Source: Nemertoderma westbladi
Taxonomy: Eukaryota; Animalia; Xenacoelomorpha
Assembly: GCA_032718475.1 (NCBI GenBank)
Contig: JAUCBJ010009045.1
Location: forward strand, 1 to 64,000
Reading direction: 5' to 3'
DNA: 64,000 bases
Of the stretch, positions 45,901-59,189 are shown one piece after another. The notes beneath the pieces are model-generated. The model worked only from the letters and a program-made list of their open reading frames with translations, was not told the origin of the DNA and did not search any database. A program made the translations under genes and the position numbers. Positions within the stretch are counted from its first letter, which is position 1; every line of letters begins with the position of its first letter.

Positions 45901-47416
45901 TAATAAATGATTAATGTTTCAACACCATAACTACATCTGCGAAAGTTGTTTACATCTGAAACTATCCATCTTTGCTTTGGCAATCACAGAACTTTCATAC
46001 CCGCCATCCTTCATCCTACTGTATATCGCATTTTTAACATGCCTTTGCTGCATTGGCTGCATACCGGTATGCCTGAAGGACTACTGCTATGTCATATGAT
46101 GATACCTATATGTAACATGGCAACCTGATCCCCTATTGGCTATTTACCTATATCTCTTTCAGTCTTTCTCCTGATTGGTTATATGATCAGATGCCGTCAG
46201 ATCCAAGGACTACTATACTACAGGACTGGCACTGCCTGATCCGACTTCGCTAGCGAAGTCCATTCATTTCATACTGCAGTACTGCTGTAAGCTGTACTGC
46301 TACCGTAGAATGATTTATTATACAGTTATACCAGTATACTTAACCTACAAACAGACAGCTAGACAGTTCTGCAGTTTACTGAACGTTCGCGCAGTGAAAA
46401 TTCCTCCTGTCGGTGCCAGGTGCCGAACGAGATCAGTGGATCGCCGCGCTACCTGGCTACCTCGACGCAGTGCAGGCAGATGACGGCACTCCGTTCTCCG
46501 TTTAAGTTATGGAAGCACTGCCAACTGCCGTCATTTGTATTCAACATTCTGACATTGGCCAGAGTGTCCCGCGCAGCCGCGGGAATTCCGCACAAGAAAG
46601 TCCCTGGCGGTTCCTTGCGACCAACAATACCTCCATTCTACTTCCCTTATCGTGTGTTCCACCGCGACCCCCCACTCCACGAGAACTCCCTCCCATTGCG
46701 GAACGCCAACTTCAGTTGCTCAACTGCTCAATGAGCGAGATTTAATTGGGGGCTTTTTGCAGCTAACTGAACCCGTTGTTTCTACGTGGCTAAAGGGAAT
46801 CGCAGGATACGGTCGCGATACTGACATTTTTGTGAAGCGATCGGAGTTCCAAGTAACCTATTGCTTTTCTTATTCCATAACGACGAATATACAGGTTTCA
46901 CTTTTGTCAAAGAAGCAACTTACGTTGCCGGATTCCTGCCCTGGTAAAGGTAATCCCAGAGTTAGACATCACAGGTGATATTTTAGAGGAGAATAATATA
47001 TTTATTTACCCAAGCCCTAACTCGTGGTGGATTACAACTTGCTCCTTATGCCTCATCACCTCTTATGATGGACCATGGTGTCGGCTGCGTGGGTGGATGC
47101 TTTACCTAATGGAACTATACGGTGTTACAAACAACTAACTCAAGTAGTGCACATGATTGCGGTCTATTACGGTATCTCCCCACTGCCACCAATAGCTGCT
47201 TGCCGTATCCTAGCAAACACCCTTCTTAATGGAGTACAAAAGCGATCTATGGAAGAAACGGATAGGCAAAAACGGCGCGACTCGCATTCTGGCGATACAG
47301 CTGCACAAACTAAATTAGTAAATTAAATTCCTCCGAATAATGGGAAGTGGACAAAATAAATAAATATTATTGTATACCAGGCCGAAATATGATATCGTTT
47401 CGTATCACGTCAAACT

Positions 47417-48172
47417 GTGAACTGATATATTTCTCTACAGGGGGTCACACGTTGAGTCCGAACCAGGAGAGACTCATAGAAACTGAGATATTTCTCTACA
47501 GGGGGGTCACACGTTGAGGTTGAGTCCGCGCCCGGAGAGACTCATAACAACTGAGATATTTCTCTACAGGGGGTCACACGTTGAGTCCGCGCCCGGAGAG
47601 ACTCATAAAAACTGAGATATTTCTCTACAGGGGGTCACACGTTGAGTCCGCGCCCGGAGAGACTCATAAAAACTGAGATATTTCTCTACAGGGGGTCACA
47701 CGTTGAGTCCGCGCCCGGAGAGACTCATAAAAACTGAGATATTTCTCTACAGGGGGTCACACGTTGAGTCCGCGCCCGGAGAGACTCATAAAAACTGAGA
47801 TATTTCTCTACAGGGGGTCACATGTTGAGTCCGCACCCGGAGAGATTCATAAAAACCGAGATATTTCTCTACAGGGGATCACACGTTGAGTCCGCGCCTG
47901 GAGAGACTCATAAAAACTGAGATATTTCTCTACAGGGGGTCACACGTTGAGTCAGCGCCCGGAGAGACTCATAAAAACTGAGATATTTCTCTACAGGGGG
48001 TCACACGTTGAGTCCGCGCCCGGAGAGACTCATAAAAACGGAGATATTTCTCTACAGGGGGTCACACGTTGAGTCCGCGCCCGGAGAGACTCATAAAAAC
48101 TGAGATATTTCTCTACAGGGGGTCACACGTTGAGTCCGCGCCCGGAGAGACTCATAAAAACTGAGATATTTC
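47417..48172. repeat. 61-bp minisatellite, about 12 copies, resuming for about 1.5 units at 49855-49950
   Basis: Unit AACTGAGATATTTCTCTACAGGGGGTCACACGTTGAGTCCGCGCCCGGAGAGACTCATAAA. Confidence 0.95.
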
Positions 48173-48267
48173 ATATATATTTTCGTATATATATTTTCGT
48201 ATTTCGTATAGTAGTCCTTGGTCAGATCAGATCAGATCAGATAAGGACAGACGTTTTATTCTACCTC

Positions 48268-49329
48268 TTCGCCGTATCCGTATCCGTATGTATGCATTTG
48301 CCGTATCCGTATGTACATACAGACACACGCTTATGTGCCGTACCGGCATGTAATGGATTCCTATGGCTGTATGGGGAATAATCCGTATGTGATTTTTGAG
48401 ATTAGGCATTGTGGACCAGTAAGAAGTGCACAACACACATGCAGACTGAAGACAGGTGCCTACTTAAAGCTAAGTGATTTAAAGAGTGTGGCTGCCGCTA
48501 CCTTTATGTCAAATAAACAATGCAGGACAGGTCCAGGATGAGTGACAGCCGGTGTCCGCCAGCCCCGAGATGCGCCAGCAGTGCAGTACCTACTGTATTA
48601 ACCAGTTAACCCGTCTTGACGCCGCTTGGAAAACTAACCAACCGTGATTTATTTTTGAACTGTTTTTCCACCAACCTGGCTGCCTGGCTATAGAATGTTG
48701 TTGGTTGCTACAGTATATGGCATTACTGCATTAACATAGTATAGACTGATAGAAGCAGCAATGAGAATGCTAAGGGAATAAACATTCGCACAGATATTGA
48801 AAACCGTCGTGTCAGTTTGTCCTTCTTTGTGAATTTATTAACATATAATATACCTTTACTTTCGCCGTTTCGGGGCCAGTATTTAGTTAACCATAGCAGG
48901 CCCTATGCAGCCAAGTGCCAACAAGACCAACCTAGTGCCAGTTAGTCAAACCACGTGTCACGTGTCAGCGAGTGCAACCGGGTGCCAGTAATTAATCTAA
49001 TTTCAACCGGGTGGCAAGGTGTCAGTTAGTACAATAAAACTTTAAGCGCTGTGGCGCATCCCGGGACTGAAGGACATCATCTGTCACTCATCCTGGACCT
49101 ACAATGTTTATTTGACATAAAGGTAGCGGCAGCCGCACTCTTTAAATCACTTAGCTTTAAGTAGGCCTACCTGTCTTCAGTCTGCATGTGTGTTGTGCTT
49201 GTGCACTTCTTACTGGTCCGTAATGCCTAATCTTTAAAATCACATACGGATTATTCTCCATAGGAATCCATTACATACGCGTATGTGCATACGGATACGG
49301 CAAATGCATACGGATGCGGATACGGCGAA
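48268..49329. mobile_element. MITE with about 270-bp TIRs
   Basis: TTCGCCGTATCCGTATCCGTATG..CAGGATGAGTGACAG (48268-48548) is inverted at 49081-49329. Confidence 0.75.
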
Positions 49330-50129
49330 AAGTTATACCCACCACTGTGTACTGCTTCACTGCATAAGGCAAAAACGCTTAACTGAGTTTAAGTCTGTAA
49401 GTGGCCTCGTTTGGCTATATAGCCTAGCCATATGGATATGTACGAAAAGTATAAGAAAAAACGTATCAGAGTATGCTCAATCCAACTGTCCAATGATATA
49501 CCATATACACCGGTATATACAGATATATATATAACACACCCCTAGTACGGTTACGGTACTGCTGCAGTGCTGTACTTTATTATTTCCTTTTAATGCAGGA
49601 CTAGCTCATTTAGTTAAGGATTCTGCGGAGTATTGCAATATTGCCTTCAGAGCGCAAAATGCGCTCGTTAAAACAGGCCGTTACAAGCGATCTCCTCGTG
49701 CAAACTGCGCTAACTAAAGTTCGGAGTAAAACACCATCCATATCAAGATATAACGAGATGAAGGTTATCCCGCAACTCATGTACCAAGGACATAGTTTGT
49801 TCGGGTATGCGATGGACAATCCCTCGGAAATGGCGACAGAGGAGTCATCACATGTCACATGTTGAGTCCGCGCCCAGAGAGGCTCATTAAATAAAACTGA
49901 GATATTTCTCTACATGGGGGTCACACGTTGAGTCCGCGCCCGGAGAGACTCTTTAAACACTTGTCACACTATTTTTGGTTTTATGTTTAATTTTCAGGAT
50001 TGTTACTTAATGCGGGGTCGATCTCCGCTGGTGGCGAATTCATTTTTTCCGCTCCATTTGCTATAGAGTTGGATCATCCTTAGTCCTGTTTAATTACTTA
50101 ATAATTTATAAAGATAATAAGTGTTATAT

Positions 50130-50340
50130 TTCTGATTGCTTACGTATAGCTTTTACACGAGTCCGACTTAGCTCTCATAACCTGAGAGTTGAAAAGGGAC
50201 CCTGCAGCAGGACACCGAGGGACCGCAGAGTGTCACTGTGAAGGGACTTCTGTTCAGGATGAGTGTCATGTCCATTTGAACTGCGCACACTCAGCGCATA
50301 TACGCCGTAAATCCGGAACTAAAATGACAGCGCTACAGGA
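50130..50340 (+). mobile_element. Non-LTR retrotransposon 3' remnant
   Basis: AFTRVRLSSHNLRVEKG, then after a frameshift CHC..VQDECHVHLNC. This is the C-terminal LSSHxLxxExG / CCHC signature of several LINE clades. Confidence 0.6.
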
Positions 50341-51273
50341 TTTATTTTATTTTCTTTACCTTCTGTACCAATGTGTGTGTTGTTTATATACTGTATTTAT
50401 AATGTTATGAAACTAGTATGTGTATGCATGCATGGAGGGTAACGTAATGTACTCTTGCTGTTCACTCTTGTTTATTATTTATTTCGGTTAGGTCGCAGGT
50501 TCAAATGCGACTAAATGATGTAAAAATTTCGCATTGTTGTTTCCCTAAGCAAGACACTGCATTATAGGTAACAGCCAAGAGAAAGGAGCATTCCGCAATA
50601 TATCTATTACATATTGTAATATCGTTACCGATCCAATCTCAGAGAATTACCCAGCAATCCAGAGAAATCGATGTGTAAATTTAAAATTACAAATTAAAAT
50701 TGGCTTGACATCATACAACAGTACATTTTTAATCCAGTAATCCAATTTCATTCAATTCCAATACGCCGGTTTAGTTCACTCTGCATGATTGATGCATAAT
50801 AGCATTTTTGAACATGTTTACAATTAATTTAATAAATACAGAATATTGATCAGTTTAAATAAAAACATTCACAAATGAAATAATAAATAAATATATAAAT
50901 TAACAGTACTACAGTAAATAAAAATTACAAATATGGAAAAATTTAATATTCCTTAATAATTGAATAATTAAGCAGCTTTCAAATTCTCTTTTTAAACCGC
51001 ATAACATTACTTGTATGCCTTATAATAATAATAATTAATCAATTATTTATTTCAGTTAATTTTACCTGCATTATTTGAGATATTATTAATTTGGACTAAT
51101 TTTAATAACTACCCTTATCGGCGCTGCAGTATCATATCAGGTGTAATTATGGGTCATTAAAACTATTATTTTATTTTATTAATAATTTAACTTTTAGTCA
51201 ATAATATTAATGTAGGCTAATCTAGATAAATGAAAAATAAATCAACAATTTTATATTATTTCGGAGACGCGAG

Positions 51274-54200
51274 CCCCGATCTCGGGCCCCGGGATATCCA
51301 ACCAATAGGTGCGTTGAGTTATCTCGGGCCCCGAGATATCCAACCAATCAGTGCGTTGAGTTATCTCGGTCCTCGAGATATCCAACCAATCAGTGCGTTG
51401 AGTTATCTCGGGCCCCGAGATATCCAACCAATCAGTGCGTTGAGTTATCTCGGGCCCCGAGATATCCAACCAATCAGTGCGTTGAGTTATCTCGGGCCCC
51501 GAGATATCCAACCAATCAGTGCGTTGAGTTATCTCGGGCCCCGAGATATCCAACCAATCAGTGCGTTGAGTTATCTCGTTCCCCGAGATATCCAACCAAT
51601 CAGTGCGTTGAGTTATCTCGGGCCCCGAGATATCCAACCAATCAGTGCGTTGAGTTATCTCGGGCCCCGAGATATCCAACCAATCAGTGCGTTGAGTTAT
51701 CTCGTTCCCCGAGATATCCAACCAATCAGTGCGTTGAGTTATCTCGGGCCCCGAGATATCCAACCAATCAGTGCGTTGAGTTATCTCGGGCCCCGAGATA
51801 TCCAACCAATCAGTGCGTTGAGTTATCTCGGGCCGCGAGATATCCAACCAATCAGTGCGTTGAGTTATCTCGGGCCCCGAGATATCCAACCAATCAGTGC
51901 GTTGAGTTATCTCGTTCCCCGAGATATCCAACCAATCAGTGCGTTGAGTTATCTCGGGCCCCGAGATATCCAACCAATCAGTGCGCTGAGTTATCTCGGG
52001 CCCCGAGATATCCAACCAATCAGTGCGTTGAGTTATCTCGTTCCCCGAGATATCCAACCAATCAGTGCGTTGAGTTATCTCGTTCCCCGAGATATCCAAC
52101 CAATCAGTGCGTTGAGTTATCTCGTTCCCCGAGATATCCAACCAATAAGTGCGTTGAGTTATCTCGGGCCCCGAGATATCCAACCAATCAGTGCGTTGAG
52201 TTATCTCGGGCCCCGAGATATCCAACCAATCAGTGCGTTGAGTTATCTCGGGCCCCGAGATATCCAACCAATCAGTGCGTTGAGTTATCTCGGGCCCCGA
52301 GATATCCAACCAATCAGTGCGTTGAGTTATCTCGTTCCCCGAGATATCCAACCAATCAGTGCGTTGAGTTATCTCGGGCCCCGAGATATCCAACCAATCA
52401 GTGCGTTGAGTTATCTCGGGCCCCGAGATATCCAACCAATCAGTGCGTTGAGTTATCTCGTTCCCCGAGATATCCAACCAATCAGTGCGTTGAGTTATCT
52501 CGTTCCCCGAGATATCCAACCAATCAGTGCGTTGAGTTATCTCGTTCCCCGAGATATCCAACCAATCAGTGCGTTGAGTTATCTCGTTCCCCGAAATATC
52601 CAACCAATCAGTGCGTTGAGTTATCTCGTTCCCCGAGATATCCAACCAATCAGTGCGTTGAGTTATCTCGTTCCCCGAGATATCCAACCAATCAGTGCGT
52701 TGAGTTATCTCGGGCCCCGAGATATCCAACCAATCAGTGCGTTGAGTTATCTCGGGCCCCGAGATATCCAACCAATCAGTGCGTTGAGTTATCTCGGGCC
52801 CCGAGATATCCAACCAATCAGTGCGTTGAGTTATCTCGTTCCCCGAGATATCCAACCAATAAGTGCGTTGAGTTATCTCGGGCCCCGAGATATCCAACCA
52901 ATCAGTGCGTTGAGTTATCTCGGGCCCCGAGATATCCAACCAATCAGTGCGTTGAGTTATCTCGGGCCCCGAGATATCCAACCAATCAGTGCGTTGAGTT
53001 ATCTCGGGCCCCGAGATATCCAACCAATCAGTGCGTTGAGTTATCTCGTTCCCCGAGATATCCAACCAATCAGTGCGTTGAGTTATCTCGGGCCCCGAGA
53101 TATCCAACCAATCAGTGCGTTGAGTTATCTCGGGCCCCGAGATATCCAACCAATCAGTGCGTTGAGTTATCTCGTTCCCCGAGATATCCAACCAATCAGT
53201 GCGTTGAGTTATCTCGTTCCCCGAGATATCCAACCAATCAGTGCGTTGAGTTATCTCGTTCCCCGAGATATCCAACCAATCAGTGCGTTGAGTTATCTCG
53301 TTCCCCGAAATATCCAACCAATCAGTGCGTTGAGTTATCTCGGGCCCCGAGATATCCAACCAATCAGTGCGTTGAGTTATCTCGGGCCCCGAGATATCCA
53401 ACCAATCAGTGCGTTGAGTTATCTCGGGCCGCGAGATATCCAACCAATCAGTGCGTTGAGTTATCTCGGGCCCCGAGATATCCAACCAATCAGTGCGTTG
53501 AGTTATCTCGTTCCCCGAGATATCCAACCAATCAGTGCGTTGAGTTATCTCGGGCCCCGAGATATCCAACCACTGAGTTATCTCGGGCCCCGAGATATCC
53601 AACCAATCAGTGCGTTGAGTTATCTCGTTCCCCGAGATATCCAACCAATCAGTGCGTTGAGTTATCTCGTTCCCCGAGATATCCAACCAATCAGTGCGTG
53701 AGTTATCTCGTTCCCCGAGATATCCAACCAATAAGTGCGTTGAGTTATCTCGGGCCCCGAGATATCCAACCAATCAGTGCGTTGAGTTATCTCGGGCCCC
53801 GAGATATCCAACCAATCAGTGCGTTGAGTTATCTCGGGCCCCGAGATATCCAACCAATCAGTGCGTTGAGTTATCTCGGGCCCCGAGATATCCAACCAAT
53901 CAGTGCGTTGAGTTATCTCGTTCCCCGAGATATCCAACCAATCAGTGCGTTGAGTTATCTCGGGCCCCGAGATATCCAACCAATCAGTGCGTTGAGTTAT
54001 CTCGGGCCCCGAGATATCCAACCAATCAGTGCGTTGAGTTATCTCGTTCCCCGAGATATCCAACCAATCAGTGCGTTGAGTTATCTCGTTCCCCGAGATA
54101 TCCAACCAATCAGTGCGTTGAGTTATCTCGTTCCCCGAGATATCCAACCAATCAGTGCGTTGAGTTATCTCGTTCCCCGAAATATCCAACCAATCAGTGC

Positions 54201-55607
54201 GTTGAGTTATCTCGTTCCCCGAGATATCCAACCAATCAGTGCGTTGAGTTATCTCGTTCCCCGAGATATCCAACCAATCAGTGCGTTGAGTTATCTCGGG
54301 CCCCGAGATATCCAACCAATCAGTGCGTTGAGTTATCTCGGGCCCCGAGATATCCAACCAATCAGTGCGTTGAGTTATCTCGGGCCCCGAGATATCCAAC
54401 CAATCAGTGCGTTGAGTTATCTCGTTCCCCGAGATATCCAACCAATAAGTGCGTTGAGTTATCTCGGGCCCCGAGATATCCAACCAATCAGTGCGTTGAG
54501 TTATCTCGGGCCCCGAGATATCCAACCAATCAGTGCGTTGAGTTATCTCGGGCCCCGAGATATCCAACCAATCAGTGCGTTGAGTTATCTCGGGCCCCGA
54601 GATATCCAACCAATCAGTGCGTTGAGTTATCTCGTTCCCCGAGATATCCAACCAATCAGTGCGTTGAGTTATCTCGGGCCCCGAGATATCCAACCAATCA
54701 GTGCGTTGAGTTATCTCGGGCCCCGAGATATCCAACCAATCAGTGCGTTGAGTTATCTCGTTCCCCGAGATATCCAACCAATCAGTGCGTTGAGTTATCT
54801 CGTTCCCCGAGATATCCAACCAATCAGTGCGTTGAGTTATCTCGTTCCCCGAGATATCCAACCAATCAGTGCGTTGAGTTATCTCGTTCCCCGAAATATC
54901 CAACCAATCAGTGCGTTGAGTTATCTCGTTCCCCGAGATATCCAACCAATCAGTGCGTTGAGTTATCTCGTTCCCCGAGATATCCAACCAATCAGTGCGT
55001 TGAGTTATCTCGGGCCCCGAGATATCCAACCAATCAGTGCGTTGAGTTATCTCGGGCCCCGAGATATCCAACCAATCAGTGCGTTGAGTTATCTCGGGCC
55101 CCGAGATATCCAACCAATCAGTGCGTTGAGTTATCTCGTTCCCCGAAATATCCAACCAATCAGTGCGTTGAGTTATCTCGGTCCCCGAGATATCCAACCA
55201 ATCAGTGCGTTGAGTTATCTCGTTCCCCGAAATATCCAACCAATCAGTGCGTTGAGTTATCTCGGGCCCCGAGATATCCAACCAATCAGTGCGTTGAGTT
55301 ATCTTGGGTCCCGAGATATCCAACCAATCAGTGCGTTGAGTTATCTCGGTCCCCGAGATATCCAACCAATCAGTGCGTTGAGTTATCTCGTTCCCCGAAA
55401 TATCCAACCAATCAGTGCGTTGAGTTATCTCGGGCCCCGAGATATCCAACCAATGAGTGCGTTGAGTTATCTTGGGTCCCGAGATATCCAACCAATCAGT
55501 GCGTTGAGTTATCTCGGGCCCCGAGATATCCAACCAATCAGTGCGTTGAGTTATCTCGTTCCCCGAGATATCAAACCAATCAGTGCGTTGAGTTATCTCG
55601 GGCCCGG
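51274..55607. repeat. 42-bp minisatellite (GAGATATCCAACCAATCAGTGCGTTGAGTTATCTCGGGCCCC)n, about 100 copies
   Basis: Read directly, with GG/TT variants. Inverted degenerate copies lie at about 56060-56280. Confidence 0.97.
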
Positions 55608-56358
55608 AATTGCAGACTTTTAGGTAAACCAAGATAGTGGATATCTTCGAATATTTAACGCCTTTCTCAAGGAACGCGGTGTTTAGGTGCAGTATCATAT
55701 ACCCAAGAAGCATCACAAACTCGGATTTCGTTGTTAATAAAATTTGCTATTTCACTATTGCTATAGCCTACTGGAATTGTTACGTTATTTTTGAGTCCTA
55801 CTTCAATGAATGAACGGATCCTATGATTTTTCTAATGTGTCTGCTGAAAGTCTGCGTGTACTAAAAGTGCAATAAAACCAAGGTACAGTAATAATGTAGA
55901 ATAGCACAAGTACAAAAACAATGTCATACACATGCCTTATTCTAAAATCCCGTTTTTTCGGTTTTTACATTTCAGAATCAGACAAAAATTGATTGGTTTG
56001 TTATCTCTCTGGTTTGAATTAGTAAGTCAGGTTAGGTCAGGTTAGGTTAGTAAGTTAGGTCAGGAGATAATACAGCTCAATGATTGGTTGGTTATCTCGG
56101 GGCCCGAGTTAGTAAGTCAGGGCCCGAGATAATACAGCTCAATGATTGGTTGGTTATCTCGGGGCCCGAGTTGGTAAGTCAGGGCCCGATATAATACAGC
56201 TCACTGATTGGTTGGTTAACTCGGTGCCCGAGTTAGTAAGTTAGGGCCCGAGATAATTCAACTAACTGATTGGTTGGATCTGTCAAACACAGGCATCACA
56301 TCTGTCAACTATTTTTTCGCGCACCAACCCTATTACGCAATATAATTGTATTATAATT

Positions 56359-56718
56359 AACTACTGTATACACGGTTTGATCCACCCTGCAGTATTCGCT
56401 AACTACTGTAGACGGTTTGATCCATCATGCAGTATTCGCTAACTACTGCACACGGTTTGATACATCCTGCAGTAATCGCTAACTACTGTAGACCGTTTGA
56501 TCCATCCTCCAGTATTCGCTAACTACTGTACACGGTTTAATCAATCCTGCAGTATTTGCTAACTACTGTACACGGTTTGATCCATCCTGCAGTATTCGCT
56601 AACTACTGTACACGGTTTGATCCATCCTCCAGTATTCGCTAACTACTGTACACGGTTTGATCAATCCTGCAGTATTTGCTAACTACTGTACACGGTTTGA
56701 TCCATCCTGCAGTATTCG
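56359..56718. repeat. 40-bp tandem repeat x9 derived from the last coding exon of the LRR gene
   Basis: The unit AACTACTGTACACGGTTTGATCCATCCTGCAGTATTCGCT is the reverse complement of the codons for EYCRMDQTVYSS-stop. Confidence 0.92.
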
Positions 56719-57229
56719 CCTGTATCCAGATTCTTTGCAATCAACTGATTAGGGTCTGCGTTTGGTACTTTATGTTCGATATAGACACGCCCATTACAAC
56801 AATCCTGTATAAAATATAAATAACTACAAAGTAAAGTAATATCAAGTTTGGCATTACAACACAGACCCACTCACCCCGAATCACCCCCCCCCCCCCACAC
56901 CCACTCCCGACTCACACCCACCCACACCAACCCCGACTCATCCCAACCCGGGCCGTCGTGGAAACTAGCTCGGTGTCTGTGGCACCTAGCTCGGGGCCAG
57001 TTAATACTATACTGTAGCTACACCAAAATAATAATACACTTACTTTGAGGTATGTGAGAGCGGCTGTCGTCACTTTCGAGCAGGCCGTAACGTAAAGACT
57101 TTCCAACATATGGCAGTTATTAGCTAACGCAATAACCGACTTGTCAGTCAAACCGTGAATACCACTAAGTACCACGTCCCTCAATTGGGCACATCCACCT
57201 GCTACATCGCAAATACCGGCATTAGAGAC
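56679..57229 (-). CDS. Last two exons (57229-57044, 56804-56679) of a cysteine-containing LRR protein (FBXL/AMN1-like); upstream exons not found in the window
   Basis: VSNAGICDVAGGCAQLRDVVLSGIHGLTDKSVIALANNCHMLESLYVTACSKVTTAALTYLK contains LRR_CC repeats. Junctions TTTCAG| and |GTAAGT, then ATACAG|GAT, are all phase 0. Confidence 0.82.
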
Positions 57230-57695
57230 CTGAAATAAATTAACTTTTATTAATGGAAGAGACAGCCCGCAATTTATTATCTGCCCATATGAAACCAAAG
57301 AACGTCAGCAAAATAATTGTAAGAACCGAGGCGCACTACACTCACACTCACAGATAGATTATACAGTAGTACCAAACGAGTCTAATCGTTAATATATTAC
57401 AATTTAGGACTATTTTAACTAAACAGATATATTTTAGGTATTATAATGAATCTTACGAGCCCAGCTTAAAGGTAAGGGGTGTTTGTTTATTATTAAATGT
57501 TATGGAAGCTTCACGTTGCTGATTAACCTTTAGCGTGCAGTTATTGTACCACGTAACACACGTACAGTACAGATACAAACTTTCATCAAAGTTGGCAGCT
57601 GCGTTGCTGAGATATTGACTTTCAACCATGTAATGCCAGACAGGCGGCTAACGGCGAGCCCATACCCGCACTATGAGGCGCCCTTTGGGCCTTAA

Positions 57696-58470
57696 GGTTG
57701 TAGGGTACCCTAACAATATTTTAAAAAAATGTCGAAAAGGTTTTTTGACTATTTTTAAGATCAAAATTTTTCGAAGATTACAGAAATCGGGTTTTTATAG
57801 GAATAGGATAAGCCTAAGGTGCCCAAATGTCTGTCAGTCGGTCTGTCTGAAAGGTCTGTTAAATCTGAGAGACAGGCAGACCGACAGTCTAGATTTGGTC
57901 AAACTCAAAAACTGACATCAAAAATGAAATCACCGACCAGGAAAACCCCTAGATCGGAATTTTTAGGCAGGTGGAGTACTTACTTATTTTTGACAACCAG
58001 TTTGAATAATTCCTTGTTTTATAAAAAAAATGGCGGGAAGCTTTGAAAACTTGGAATGTCTTTTTCTTGAAAAGTAATTTTTTGTGTTTTTTTTAGACAC
58101 AAAGGTACACTTTTCTGAGGAACTACTGGGTGAAATCTCATGAAATTTTCAGGAAATGTTAACAACAACGATTGGCCTATGCATGACTAGAATGTTGTTG
58201 GATGGGTGCTTTCTTAACAAGTTATTAAGAAAACAGTTGTTGAAATTTCGAATTTGGGTCAAAAACCGGGCATTGTTTTCAAAAATTACTGTAAAAACAA
58301 AAAAAACACAAAAAAATGTAAAAATTTTTAATTTTGTTTAGTCTTACTCTTGTCCGAATGGTTGATACATCTACCTGCAAAATTTCAGGAAATTTTTTCG
58401 GAGTTCTCTCAGAAAGGTACATTTTGTTTAATAGTAAAATATTAAGAAAACCTTGCGGTACCCTACAACC
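57696..58470. mobile_element. Non-autonomous DNA transposon with TTAA TSD (Kolobok-like)
   Basis: TTAA|GGTTGTAGGGTACC ... GGTACCCTACAACC|TTAA. The RR..YY termini fit Kolobok better than piggyBac (CCC). Confidence 0.75.
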
Positions 58471-59189
58471 TTAAAAATATTGCACATAACTTCTAACTTG
58501 ATTGTAGTGTGTGGGCAGTTTAACATTCAAACGAACTTGGTTGTAGTGTGTGTGCAGTTTTGTCAGCTTACATGACCCTCACACTACAAAGAACTTCGTT
58601 GTAGTGGGCAGTTTAACATTCAAACGAACTTGGTTGTTGTGTGTGTGTAGTTTTGTCAGCTTACGTGCCCTCTTACATGACCCTCACCCACACACCCCAA
58701 CGTGTGTGAAAACATTTTTGGAAAATATTGTGGAGTCGCGGAATAATGATACAGCGCCAGCACATATTGTTTGTAGATCCCCTCGGTCGTGCACTTAGTA
58801 GCCCAAACGCCGCCTCATACAATTTCCTTTTTATGCCGCCCCATTTTCGTATATATCTTGATCTTCCTATTGTTGGCTTTGGATAGGAGCGCTCTTAATC
58901 AGTTTAGCGTAGGACTGGTTTTATTTTGAGAAACAGACAGATTGAGTGACAATTTAATGTTTGAATTTCCCTCCACAATATTTCCAAAAATGTTTTCACA
59001 CACTACAACAAAGTTCGTTGTAGTGTTGGGGAGATGATTGACGAGAAACTCCACACACACAACAACCAAGTAGTTTATTGTTGTGAGATATATTTTTGTG
59101 GCCCAAACGGCGCCTCGTCGATACCTGAGGATGTTCAGAGAAAGCTTAGTGAAAATTATCATAGGCGAAATGAAACAATTATCGAAGAC

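Noticed and set aside
46420-46734. PP2A B''-like exon suggested by IPPFYFP
   Set aside because: Only a 7-residue resemblance, with no supporting flanking similarity or further exons.
51230-55716. ORFs of 640-840 aa on both strands
   Set aside because: They are translations of a 42-bp satellite that is stop-free in several frames, with no unique domain and no synonymous-site pattern.
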